NCBI GenBank assembly: GCA_026387435.1
Contig: JAPLLS010000085.1
Location: 1 to 63,569 of the forward strand
DNA from: Candidatus Omnitrophota bacterium
GTDB lineage: Bacteria > Omnitrophota > Gorgyraeia > Gygaellales > Profunditerraquicolaceae
Reading direction: 5' to 3'
Length of the DNA: 63,569 nt
Positions within the stretch are counted from its first letter, which is position 1, and every line of letters begins with the position of its first letter. The notes below the pieces were generated by a model. The model was not told the origin of the DNA and did not search any database. It was given only the letters and a program-made list of their open reading frames with translations. Below, piece by piece: positions 25,993 to 34,221 of this stretch. A program made the translations under genes and the position numbers.

Positions 25993-26961
25993 TTAATAGG
26001 ATAAGGTTATAACCATATCCTGGTAATCCTTGTCACCGCCGCCATAGGTGTCTTCCAAGGCGAAAGTAATCTTACTAAGAGCTGTATTTTCGTAAACTTT
26101 GAAGTGCGGAATTCCGTCGGCATTCGACGAATTCTGGGAATAATAAGTGTGTCCGCTGCCCTGAGGGGTAGTGAAATAAAAACCCACCACCGAGCCGGAA
26201 CCCATGCTTAAATCAGCGCTGGCACCGGTAGTGTCAGCACCCTTGAATATCTGGTGCAATACTTTATTTCCGGAGGCGTCGAGAGTGTAATAACCGAAAG
26301 TTATCTGCGCGGCCCAGCCCGCGTTCTCACTGGTTATCTGGGCATTGACTGTTCCGCTGAGAGGGAAAGTCTGCTGTTTGGTATCAACTCCGGTCACGCT
26401 CGGCTCACCGCCGGACTTCGGGGTCAATACGGCGCTGCCTCCGATAAGCTGCTGGCCGTTGGCGAAAGTTATGATATTTTGAGAAATAAGCTTGTTGATC
26501 AAGTCTATAGTAATATCATCGGCGCTCAAATGGAGCAGGCTGAGAAGCTCTGAACTGATGATCTCTTTTTCTTCAAACGAACCGGTTGCCGGGTTGTAAA
26601 AATAAAAAAGCCCGCTGGAGCCCTGATAAACCGCGGAAGACAATTTGCGCCAGCGCGGCTTGCTGACCCCGGGGCTGTTTACAACCAAACCAAAAAAAGG
26701 ATTCTGGTCTGAAGAATAAGTATTGCTTGCCTGATCTAAAGTGGCGGGATACTGAGGCACCCGGCCGCTGGTAACCGACTGGATATAATAAGAATTGACC
26801 CCGACCATGACGCTGGCGGCCTGTTGCTTTTCAACCGCCAGTTCCGCTTCCTTACGAAAGCTGATAAACTTAGGGACAGCTATGGCTGCCAAAATACCGG
26901 AAATAAGGATTATTATAACTAATTCTAAAAATGTAAATCCTTTTATTCTATCCTCAGCCAT
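25993..26961 (-). CDS. Type IV pilin-like protein (prepilin N-terminus) with a DUF4114-like C-terminus
   Basis: Prepilin cleavage/methylation motif KG-FTFLELVIIILISGILAAIAVPKF. C-terminal ...YGGGDKDYQDMVITLSY resembles the D-x-D-[FY]-x-D motif of DUF4114. Confidence 0.65.
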   Translation of the reverse strand: MAEDRIKGFTFLELVIIILISGILAAIAVPKFISFRKEAELAVEKQQAASVMVGVNSYYIQSVTSGRVPQYPATLDQASNTYSSDQNPFFGLVVNSPGVSKPRWRKLSSAVYQGSSGLFYFYNPATGSFEEKEIISSELLSLLHLSADDITIDLINKLISQNIITFANGQQLIGGSAVLTPKSGGEPSVTGVDTKQQTFPLSGTVNAQITSENAGWAAQITFGYYTLDASGNKVLHQIFKGADTTGASADLSMGSGSVVGFYFTTPQGSGHTYYSQNSSNADGIPHFKVYENTALSKITFALEDTYGGGDKDYQDMVITLSY

Positions 26962-26999
26962 AACTAATAATATAGCACAATTTGAATTATTGGGAAATA

Positions 27000-27416
27000 T
27001 TATTCACCTAATATCTTTATCAGGACCCTTTTCTTGCGCCGGCCGTCGAACTCACCGTAAAATATCTGCTCCCACGGCCCGAAATCAAGCTTACCCTTGG
27101 TTATCGCCGCTACCACTTCCCTGCCCATGATCGTTCTTTTTAGATGGGCGTCGGCATTATCTTCTCCGGTTAAATTATGCTGGTACTTATCCTTGCCGAA
27201 TGGCGCAAGTTTCTCCAGCCAAGCCGCGAAATCACGGTGTAGCCCGCCTTCATCGTCGTTGATAAAAACACTGGAGGTAATGTGCATGGCATTGACCAGG
27301 CACAAACCTTCTTTTATACCGCTTTCCTGGACCGCGCTTTCCACCTGCCCGGTTATATTGAGGAATACCTGCCGTTCTGGTGTATTAAACCACAAATAAG
27401 AGGTATATGATCTCAT
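27000..27416 (-). CDS. YjbQ/UPF0047-family protein (secondary thiamine-phosphate synthase type)
   Basis: [19 protein letters not shown]...[15 protein letters not shown]...[18 protein letters not shown] is the UPF0047 signature. Confidence 0.85.
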   Translation of the reverse strand: MRSYTSYLWFNTPERQVFLNITGQVESAVQESGIKEGLCLVNAMHITSSVFINDDEGGLHRDFAAWLEKLAPFGKDKYQHNLTGEDNADAHLKRTIMGREVVAAITKGKLDFGPWEQIFYGEFDGRRKKRVLIKILGE

Positions 27417-28139
27417 CTAGAATTTCTCCAAAGTCAGCTTTTTATTCCTTTGGTCGATCTTGAAACTAAAATTCTTCAGGTAAGCCATCCCCAAGAGTCC
27501 GTCTTTTAAAGAGGGATCCTGGACGTCCGCGGCTAATATGGCCGCATCGACGTTTTGCGCTTCCACTCCCTGCACGCTAACGCTGGCCAGGACTGCGTGT
27601 TTGGCAATAGACTCCCGGCCATCGGCAAGTTTGATCTTTAAATCCTGTTTTATATCCGCCGCTTCTAATCCCAGCTGTTTGGCTATACTATCTTTGATCA
27701 CCACCAATGACGCTCCGGTATCCAGGATAAAGGTAGCTTTTACTTTTTGGTTTAAAAGAGCCTCCACCACCAGCTGGCCCCGGTCATCAGTAATAGTCGC
27801 ATGTTTAGGAGCGAGTTCTTCTTTAAGTTTTTCCTCTTTTGCCCGTTCTTCGCTCGCAGTTTTCTGTCTGGACCATTTATCGCGCAACCGCACAGCTTCA
27901 TTATCATCGGAGCGGGAAACACTCTCTATTTCGCTGCGTTTAAGGCCGACCTTTCCGAAACCAACATCCACCAGGATGCTTTCCGGCTTCTCCTCAGTTA
28001 TAAACCCTTCGATAGTCCGGCCGTTCTTGAGATAAATCGTATCCGCCTGCAGGGGAAAAACAGCAAAAATTATCCCCAGGAATGTAAATAAGCTGCTCTT
28101 TAAAAACATTTTGCCCTTTCTTGAATTTTTTAAAATCAA
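27417..28139 (-). CDS. Secreted retropepsin-like (clan AA) aspartic protease
   Basis: Signal peptide; catalytic FILDTGASLVVI; C-terminal GLLGMAYLKNF, typical of TIGR02281-like proteins. Confidence 0.6.
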   Translation of the reverse strand: MILKNSRKGKMFLKSSLFTFLGIIFAVFPLQADTIYLKNGRTIEGFITEEKPESILVDVGFGKVGLKRSEIESVSRSDDNEAVRLRDKWSRQKTASEERAKEEKLKEELAPKHATITDDRGQLVVEALLNQKVKATFILDTGASLVVIKDSIAKQLGLEAADIKQDLKIKLADGRESIAKHAVLASVSVQGVEAQNVDAAILAADVQDPSLKDGLLGMAYLKNFSFKIDQRNKKLTLEKF

Positions 28140-28651
28140 GTCTTATTCTGGTAGATCCCGTTATATCCACTTTCGGTTTCGGTTATTTTGGTAAAAAGCA
28201 ATTGCGCAACTCTGGCATTTTGTTTAAGTTTCATTCCCAAAGGATTAGTCACAACTATAACAAATTCGCTGATCCCTTCGAATCCGGCATCCCAGACCCC
28301 GGTTTGGGTAAACGCGCCCATGCGCAGCAGCGAACTCCGGGGAAAAGCCACTGCGATCAGGTCCAAAGGCAACTTCACCTTTTCATTGGTGACCACTTTG
28401 TAAATTCCCGGGCCAAGCGGCCACCAGCCGAATTTATCTTGCGGCTTTTCCTTTTTAACCGCCAGTTCACGGGACTCCGGAATTTTTCTTTCTTTATTGG
28501 AAAAATCCAGTGTTCCCGCCTGGCTGAACTGGAAAATTTTGGCCGCGGTGAGATCAAAGCCATTGGGAGTAAGCTGGGTATCCAGATCGCAGTAATTGCT
28601 GACCAGATCGTTTTTTTCGATCAATCTTTTGATCTCTTCACGGTTAAGCAT
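28136..28651 (-). CDS. dCTP deaminase/dUTPase-family protein
   Basis: FPRSSLLRMGAF...GVWDAGFEGISEFVIVVTN...ARVAQLLF matches the trimeric dUTPase/Dcd fold motifs. Confidence 0.65.
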   Translation of the reverse strand: MLNREEIKRLIEKNDLVSNYCDLDTQLTPNGFDLTAAKIFQFSQAGTLDFSNKERKIPESRELAVKKEKPQDKFGWWPLGPGIYKVVTNEKVKLPLDLIAVAFPRSSLLRMGAFTQTGVWDAGFEGISEFVIVVTNPLGMKLKQNARVAQLLFTKITETESGYNGIYQNKT

Positions 28652-28656
28652 GAGTT

Positions 28657-29040
28657 TTAAGCTTTCTCGATCCTTTCGCGCATTTCCTTCGGAATCGGTT
28701 TAGGCCGGAAATCCCGGTTGACAAAAGCCAGGGTGGTCTTGGCCTGGGCAACTAAAATCCCGTCTGTTTTTTTTATTTTATGCTCCAGGTTGATCCGCAC
28801 TCCGGAGACTTCCTTGACCTGAGTAGTAATATCCAGAATATCACCGTAGGCTGCAGGAGCTTTATAATCAAGCTCCTGATGGCTGACCACGAAGAATGCA
28901 CCCTGGGCGATAAGCTCTTTAATATTGACCCCGCGAACAGCCAGAAATTCAGTGCGCGCCTCTTCTAAAAAATGCAGGTAATTGGCGTAATAGACCACTC
29001 CACCGCAATCAGTATGATGATAATAAATTTTTACTTTCAT
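28657..29040 (-). CDS. Acyl-CoA thioesterase, 4HBT/YbgC hot-dog family
   Basis: KIYYHHTDCGGVVYYANYLHFLEEARTEFL is the canonical YbgC-type N-terminus with the catalytic Asp. Confidence 0.8.
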   Translation of the reverse strand: MKVKIYYHHTDCGGVVYYANYLHFLEEARTEFLAVRGVNIKELIAQGAFFVVSHQELDYKAPAAYGDILDITTQVKEVSGVRINLEHKIKKTDGILVAQAKTTLAFVNRDFRPKPIPKEMRERIEKA

Positions 29041-29045
29041 CTTTT

Positions 29046-30194
29046 TTACTTCGATAGTTTCGCCAGGATGTTTCTTTTTTCGTAAAAAGGCAATTTAGTT
29101 TTCTGCACAATCCGGCTGAAGAACTCTATTGAGGCGTCATAAGTTTGCCGGTCGACCGGATAAGGGGTGGCGTCTTTGCCTCCATGGGCAAAAGAATACC
29201 GAGCCGGGTCCTCGTAAGAAGGCTTGGCTCCGTAGACCACTTCCGACACCAGGCTCAAGGCCCGCATGGTCTTGGGGCCGACGCCTTCCAGGGAAAGAAG
29301 CTTTTCGTAATTCTTGGGCTTTTGATCACAGACTTTAACCAGGATCCTTTCCAGATACTTGCTCTTTGAAAAATCTTCTCCTAGAACTGGATGAGTTTTG
29401 AATTCCCTGTTTTCCAGATGCAAAAAAGTAGCTTCGGCATCTCCGGATTTCAAAGAAACCATCCGGGAAAGCGGGGATGAATGCTTGCGGATAATCTGAA
29501 TATCTTTCATCAGGCTTACATAACTGCCCTGGACCAGTTCCGTGCTGACCTTGCGGGTATTATCGCTGGTTTTGGCGGTAAGGTTTAAAGCCGGCACCCG
29601 CACTTGGCTGATGATCCCCGAATGCGGCTCGCAGACCAAATCGGTAATTTTCTGAGAATACCAGTGATACCTGCGTGCGGTAAGATTTTCGGTATTCATC
29701 CCCTGCTGGACCACCGCCCAGCTGCCGGTCTTGGAAAACATAAAACTGTGGTGGTAGATTTGAAATCCATCCTGGACCAGCGCGCTGTCGACTTTGGCCG
29801 CCATTTTGGAATTATAAACTAAATTTTCAACTTTTTGTCCGGGTAAAGCCAGCGCTGTGCCCCAATCTTTAATCTCGTCGGGAGTCTTACGGGAAGTCTT
29901 ACCTTTTCCGCCGCAGATGAATATACCCAATTGCTTCTCCCGGCCGCGGATCGCTTCTTTGAGGGCAGCGGTGAGAATAGTTGTAAGCCCCGAGGCGTTC
30001 CAATCAAAAGCCAAAACCGTGCCTAATGACTGAAACCAAACCGGATCGGCGATCCTCTTGACGAATTCATCCGGGCCGTATTCATCGATAATGACATAAA
30101 CCATTTCCCGGCCCAGGCGAACCATCCGCTCGTATAGCCACCTGGGGCATTTCCCGGAATCCAAGGTAAATGTGGCGACACCTTTTTGGATCAT
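29046..30194 (-). CDS. DUF763-family protein containing a helix-hairpin-helix motif
   Basis: N-terminus ATFTLDSGKCPRWLYERMVRLG...DPVWFQSLGTVLAFDWNASGLTT recalled as DUF763. LEGVGPKTMRALSLVSEVVYG is an HhH-type motif. Confidence 0.65.
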   Translation of the reverse strand: MIQKGVATFTLDSGKCPRWLYERMVRLGREMVYVIIDEYGPDEFVKRIADPVWFQSLGTVLAFDWNASGLTTILTAALKEAIRGREKQLGIFICGGKGKTSRKTPDEIKDWGTALALPGQKVENLVYNSKMAAKVDSALVQDGFQIYHHSFMFSKTGSWAVVQQGMNTENLTARRYHWYSQKITDLVCEPHSGIISQVRVPALNLTAKTSDNTRKVSTELVQGSYVSLMKDIQIIRKHSSPLSRMVSLKSGDAEATFLHLENREFKTHPVLGEDFSKSKYLERILVKVCDQKPKNYEKLLSLEGVGPKTMRALSLVSEVVYGAKPSYEDPARYSFAHGGKDATPYPVDRQTYDASIEFFSRIVQKTKLPFYEKRNILAKLSK

Positions 30195-30260
30195 GGTTTT
30201 ATGTTAACACAAGAGCCTGAACCAGGCAATAAATTTTGCAGCCTTTAATCCCGGCGATAA

Positions 30261-31154
30261 TCAAAACGGCTTCTTATTAGCTCTTTTTTCCAAAATTGGA
30301 ATGGCCTGTTCGGAAAGCAACAATTCAATGATCCTTTGTTTTCTATTCATCAGTGGAGGCGTATCGATCATCTTTTCCTGTAACTTTCGGCCTAATTCCT
30401 CTTTTTTTAGTTCAAATAATACCTTATCCATCTTGCGGACCTCTTCAGCCGCCCTCAATATATCTTTTTTACTGCCGCGCGAATTATAATGTTGGCAATT
30501 ATAATTTCTGTAACCGGCTTTTATCCTGTCCAGCTCTTGTTGAGCGAAGCGTTTTTTCTCAGCGGCATATACCGATTCAGGCATAGCCTTAATGTTTTCC
30601 AGAATATACTCAAAAGAAGAACTTTTTGGGGATTGACCGATAAAACCTTCATTGTAACTAGGCATAATACAATCGGAAAATCCGTCCAAGGCCTGGAGCT
30701 GGAAATCTTCGAGCTGGCTTTCAACTTTTTTGACAGACTCTTCAATCGCATCTTGCATCAAAGCAGAAAGATCATCTATTTTCCCGGTATAATGGTCCCA
30801 TTGAAAATGTAACGGCGTGTTCCATACCAACTTGCCCACTTCCAACTGCTCTTTGATTTTGGCGTAAACAACCAGCAAGTCCTGCTTAACCTCCAGACTT
30901 TTAATATAACACTGCCCGTAAAGCGCCTTAAGATTCTTCGCCTCCTCCAGAATGAATGCTGCCTGTTGCGGCTTCAAACTCAAGCTATTAACCAGATTGA
31001 TCGAAAGAATCTCGCTCTCGATGTTTTTTATCTGATTATCCTTGATCTCGATATTCTCGCTCAGTTTCAGAAAAGAATTCTCCTGGCTGAACACACGGGT
31101 TAGATTACATCCTAAAAATATAGAAAACAAAATTATTATCCTTAAAAAATTCAT
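30261..31154 (-). CDS. Secreted hypothetical protein (helical, A+T-rich gene)
   Basis: Signal-peptide-like MNFLRIIILFSIFLGCNLTRVFS. No recognised domain. Confidence 0.45.
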   Translation of the reverse strand: MNFLRIIILFSIFLGCNLTRVFSQENSFLKLSENIEIKDNQIKNIESEILSINLVNSLSLKPQQAAFILEEAKNLKALYGQCYIKSLEVKQDLLVVYAKIKEQLEVGKLVWNTPLHFQWDHYTGKIDDLSALMQDAIEESVKKVESQLEDFQLQALDGFSDCIMPSYNEGFIGQSPKSSSFEYILENIKAMPESVYAAEKKRFAQQELDRIKAGYRNYNCQHYNSRGSKKDILRAAEEVRKMDKVLFELKKEELGRKLQEKMIDTPPLMNRKQRIIELLLSEQAIPILEKRANKKPF

Positions 31155-31197
31155 CTTGGTCCTCCAATCTTAGGATTTAATTCTTTATACCTGCTTA

Positions 31198-31590
31198 TCA
31201 CCTGTGCCGCGCGACACCTATTTTTTTGCAATAGTCTCCTATATGGCATTTGCCGCAATACGGGGAAACCGGCAGGCAGATATTTTGGCCGAAAGTAACT
31301 AAAGCTGTGTTAAGTTCTATCCAATAATCTTTAGGGATTATTTTTCCCAATTCGATCTCGGTCTGCTCGGGATTTTTAGTCTTGACCCAACCCAGCCGGT
31401 TGGAAGCTTCCACTGTGGTCTTGTCTTTTGTCCGCAGGCTTAAGAGGCAGGAAATGAGCACCAGGTAGGGGTTTTGGGACCGCGCGAATACCGTAACTAC
31501 CGGAACCACAAAATCCTTGATCTGTTTTTGAATCTTGTTTATTACCCGGGTTTTTTCATTCACGGTTTGATAGCTTGTTTGTAAGCGCAA
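31198..31590 (-). CDS. Endonuclease III-like mini-protein: in-frame loss of the HhH-GPD catalytic core, [4Fe-4S] loop retained (possible remnant)
   Basis: NPYLVLISCLLSLRTKDKTTVEASNRL aligns with Nth helices 1-2. It continues directly into the C-terminal part (KNPEQTEIELGKIIPKDYWIELNTALVTFGQNIC) with an intact C-x6-C-x2-C-x5-C (CLPVSPYCGKCHIGDYC). About 85-90 aa, including the HhH motif and the catalytic Lys/Asp, are absent. Confidence 0.6.
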   Translation of the reverse strand: MRLQTSYQTVNEKTRVINKIQKQIKDFVVPVVTVFARSQNPYLVLISCLLSLRTKDKTTVEASNRLGWVKTKNPEQTEIELGKIIPKDYWIELNTALVTFGQNICLPVSPYCGKCHIGDYCKKIGVARHR

Positions 31591-31877
31591 AACTGGTCGT
31601 GATCCCAGCTCATATGGATGATATCCCTGATCGGCATGCAGCGGAATTTTTTTCCGCCTACGGTTTCATGAGCCCCGTATCTGCGGAAATAAACCCCGCA
31701 GGAATATTTCCCGTCCGGGCCTTTTTTAAGGTCCCGGCACGGGTCCTCATAGGCCCCGCAGCAGGCGCCGCAGCGCAGGCATTGATTTTCCCATTCCCGC
31801 TCTTTGTCGGCCAAATGATTCTGGTAAACCTCCTGTTGGCGGTCATTTTCCATATTTTCCTCGATTAAAAAAGGCAA
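31560..31877 (-). CDS. YkgJ-family (UPF0153) Cys-rich zinc/iron-chelating domain protein
   Basis: CLRCGACCGAYEDPC matches the CxxCGxCC signature; further Cys at CGVYF and RCMP. Confidence 0.65.
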   Translation of the reverse strand: MPFLIEENMENDRQQEVYQNHLADKEREWENQCLRCGACCGAYEDPCRDLKKGPDGKYSCGVYFRRYGAHETVGGKKFRCMPIRDIIHMSWDHDQFCAYKQAIKP

Positions 31878-31928
31878 CCTTCAATTATTTTAAAGATTGC
31901 CTCAAAAAGAATTTATTTCACAAATTAA

Positions 31929-32411
31929 CTACCTGGCGCTTCCTTTTTCTTCCAGAAGCTGTTTAACCAAGATATCGATCTCTTGCTGGCTCAATTTCCT
32001 GCTGTCTTCATAAGGATTAAGGCCTTGAGAATAGTTCTGGGATTTGCCCATCACAAAAACCCGGATAGCCTCGCCGGCATTTATTTCTCTCAACTCACCC
32101 GGAGTAGCCAGGGTATGGCCGATGACTACAACCGGGCTAGCCGGGACGGGCTTGTCCGTCTTGCTGGCTTCAGTCCGGCCAAAAAAAACGCAAATACACT
32201 TACCTTGCGGCCAATAAGCCACATCCCCGACCTGGACATCCATGGTTTGTCCATCTGCAGGCGCGGAAATATCGGTTTCAAAATAGATCTCATCTCCCCA
32301 TCTACTGGCCGCTCCTTCCACCGGCAAGCGACAAGAAATTTCCGCAGCGGCAGGGCTATCGTTTAATTTGACGTAGAACCCGATGTTTTTGGCTTTGAAA
32401 ACTATTAACAT
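31929..32411 (-). CDS. Cyclophilin-like (TM1367-type) domain protein with a conserved C-terminal tail, paralogue 2
   Basis: RWGDEIYFETDI...VGDVAYWPQGKCICVFFGRT...SPVVVIGHT. The tail SRKLSQQEIDILVKQLLEEK is nearly identical to the tail of the 5990-6487 product. Confidence 0.75.
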   Translation of the reverse strand: MLIVFKAKNIGFYVKLNDSPAAAEISCRLPVEGAASRWGDEIYFETDISAPADGQTMDVQVGDVAYWPQGKCICVFFGRTEASKTDKPVPASPVVVIGHTLATPGELREINAGEAIRVFVMGKSQNYSQGLNPYEDSRKLSQQEIDILVKQLLEEKGSAR

Positions 32412-32429
32412 AAAATATTCCTCTTCTTC

Positions 32430-32470
32430 AAAAAAAAGGCAACGCTTCCTGTATTCTTAAGCGCTGCCTT
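32430..32470 (-). terminator. Intrinsic-terminator-like hairpin plus U8 inside the leader of the 31929-32411 gene (attenuator candidate)
   Basis: Minus strand: AAGGCAGCGCTT-aagaatacagg-AAGCGTTGCCTT followed by TTTTTTTT. It ends 18 nt before the ATG at 32411. Confidence 0.55.
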
Positions 32471-32597
32471 AATATCTTTAATGTCTATGTTGCCTCATTT
32501 TTTTATCTTTTAATTATTTGTTAATATTTTACTACTACCCCCGAATAAATCAATACAATTCTTTCTAAATCTTATCAATTTAACACTATCATAGAAC

Positions 32598-32615
32598 CGA
32601 AAATTGACCCCGAGG
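32598..32615. repeat. Third copy of the AAAATTGACCCCGAG motif
   Basis: cgaaaattgaccccgagg. Same 15-16 nt as in the tandem copies at 1631-1647 and 1697-1713. Lies 12 nt downstream (minus sense) of the HD-GYP gene stop. Confidence 0.7.
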
Positions 32616-32626
32616 CCAAGCCGCTT

Positions 32627-34219
32627 CTATATTCCGGCCTGCGCTTTTAAAGTCTCCAACCCCTTATCTTTGATGACGTTAATAAAAACGTCCACGATCT
32701 TGGGATCGAGCTGTTCTCCGCTTATCTGGCGCAGAACTTTGATCGCTTCGCTGATCGGAAAAGCCTTGCGGTAGGGCCGGTCAGCGGTAAGAGCCTCAAA
32801 GGTATCTGCCACCGATAAAATCCTGGCGCCCAAAGGAATCTCTTCGCCTTTAATCCCCTTTGGATATCCGCCTCCGGAGTATTTCTCATGGTGATGATAG
32901 ATCATCAGCTTTACTTCCGAAGAAAGATCAGCGCCCTCAAAAAGATTCAGGGTCAGCTCGGGCGGAGCCTCGGGAAGATGTTCTTCGGTGGCGAAATGAG
33001 GAAATTCCACCGGCCCCAAGATCTTCAAGGCGATATCCGGATGAGTCTTGACTATCCCGTATTCGTTATCGGTTAACTTGCCTTTTTTAACCAGAATATC
33101 TTCCGGAACCCCGATCTTTCCCAGGTCATGCAGGATCCCGGCGATCTGAATGGACTCGATTATGGAAGCTGACAGTCCCATTTCCGCGGCAATCGAAGCT
33201 GAATACTTTGAAACCAGCACCGAATGGCCCTGGGTATACTCGTCTTTGGCTTCGATCGCCGAAGTGAGCGCTCTGATAATGCTGAAATACGTCCGGCGCA
33301 GGTCTTGATAAAGCATTGCGTTCTCAAAAGCCACGGCCCCATGGGAAACCAGGCTGGAGATATTCTGCGCGTCGCGGGCGGAAAAGTTTTCTTTATCAAA
33401 ACTACAAAGGTTCAACACCCCCACGAATTTCCCCTTAGTGATCAGCGGCGCATCCAGATGCGAGTTTATCTTACGGACGGACGCTTTCCCCTTGGGGACG
33501 TCCATTATTTGGTTTATCTTATTCTTGTCCAGGGTTTTCTTGGTCAGGTTCTCGGTCAACTTCAGCAAATTAGTCTTGACCCCGTCGGCAACACTCCCGG
33601 ATATAGCCACACGGGACTTAATAAATAATTTCCGGGACTGCTTGCCCAGAACCAGGAGCCCGGCGATATCGAAATTTATGATCCCGGCTAGCCCCTCCAG
33701 AAGGATCTTAACGATCTCTTCTTCGCGGATAGTGGGGTTTAAAGCCCGGCTTAAAACATTAAACCGGAACATATCCTGGGTGCGGATCTCAGATTCCATA
33801 AAAAGCCGGGTATTGGCCAGGGCCACCGCCATAAATCCGGCCAGTTCCAACACTTTTTCTTTATGAGCAAGAAACACCTTTTTTCCCGAAAGTTCCAAAA
33901 GGCCGGCCGACTCTTCTTGCCGCCGTAAAGGGATAAGCACTCTTGATTTCACGAATAACGGCTCCTTGGACGCGATGGCCTGCAGCATTTCCTTGCCGGC
34001 CGAGAAATTCCGCGCAGACTGAGATTTTTCGCTGGAAGCCGCCAGGATCAGCCGGCGCTTAGCCTTGTCCCAAAGAAAAAGCCTGATCTTCTTGGCCGGG
34101 ATCTCTTTCTTGAACCGCCTGACGATCTCCGCACTCACATTTCCTAAATCCAGATGTGCCCCCATTGTCCGGGAGGCCCAATCAAGACTTAAAATATCCA
34201 AATCGGGCTTCGTAATCAT
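32627..34219 (-). CDS. GAF-domain-containing HD-GYP c-di-GMP phosphodiesterase
   Basis: Two GAF-like regions followed by HSVLVSKYS...ILHDLGKIGVPEDIL...HHEKYSGGGYPKG...SVADTFEALTADRPYRKA. Confidence 0.85.
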   Translation of the reverse strand: MITKPDLDILSLDWASRTMGAHLDLGNVSAEIVRRFKKEIPAKKIRLFLWDKAKRRLILAASSEKSQSARNFSAGKEMLQAIASKEPLFVKSRVLIPLRRQEESAGLLELSGKKVFLAHKEKVLELAGFMAVALANTRLFMESEIRTQDMFRFNVLSRALNPTIREEEIVKILLEGLAGIINFDIAGLLVLGKQSRKLFIKSRVAISGSVADGVKTNLLKLTENLTKKTLDKNKINQIMDVPKGKASVRKINSHLDAPLITKGKFVGVLNLCSFDKENFSARDAQNISSLVSHGAVAFENAMLYQDLRRTYFSIIRALTSAIEAKDEYTQGHSVLVSKYSASIAAEMGLSASIIESIQIAGILHDLGKIGVPEDILVKKGKLTDNEYGIVKTHPDIALKILGPVEFPHFATEEHLPEAPPELTLNLFEGADLSSEVKLMIYHHHEKYSGGGYPKGIKGEEIPLGARILSVADTFEALTADRPYRKAFPISEAIKVLRQISGEQLDPKIVDVFINVIKDKGLETLKAQAGI

Positions 34220-34221
34220 GC

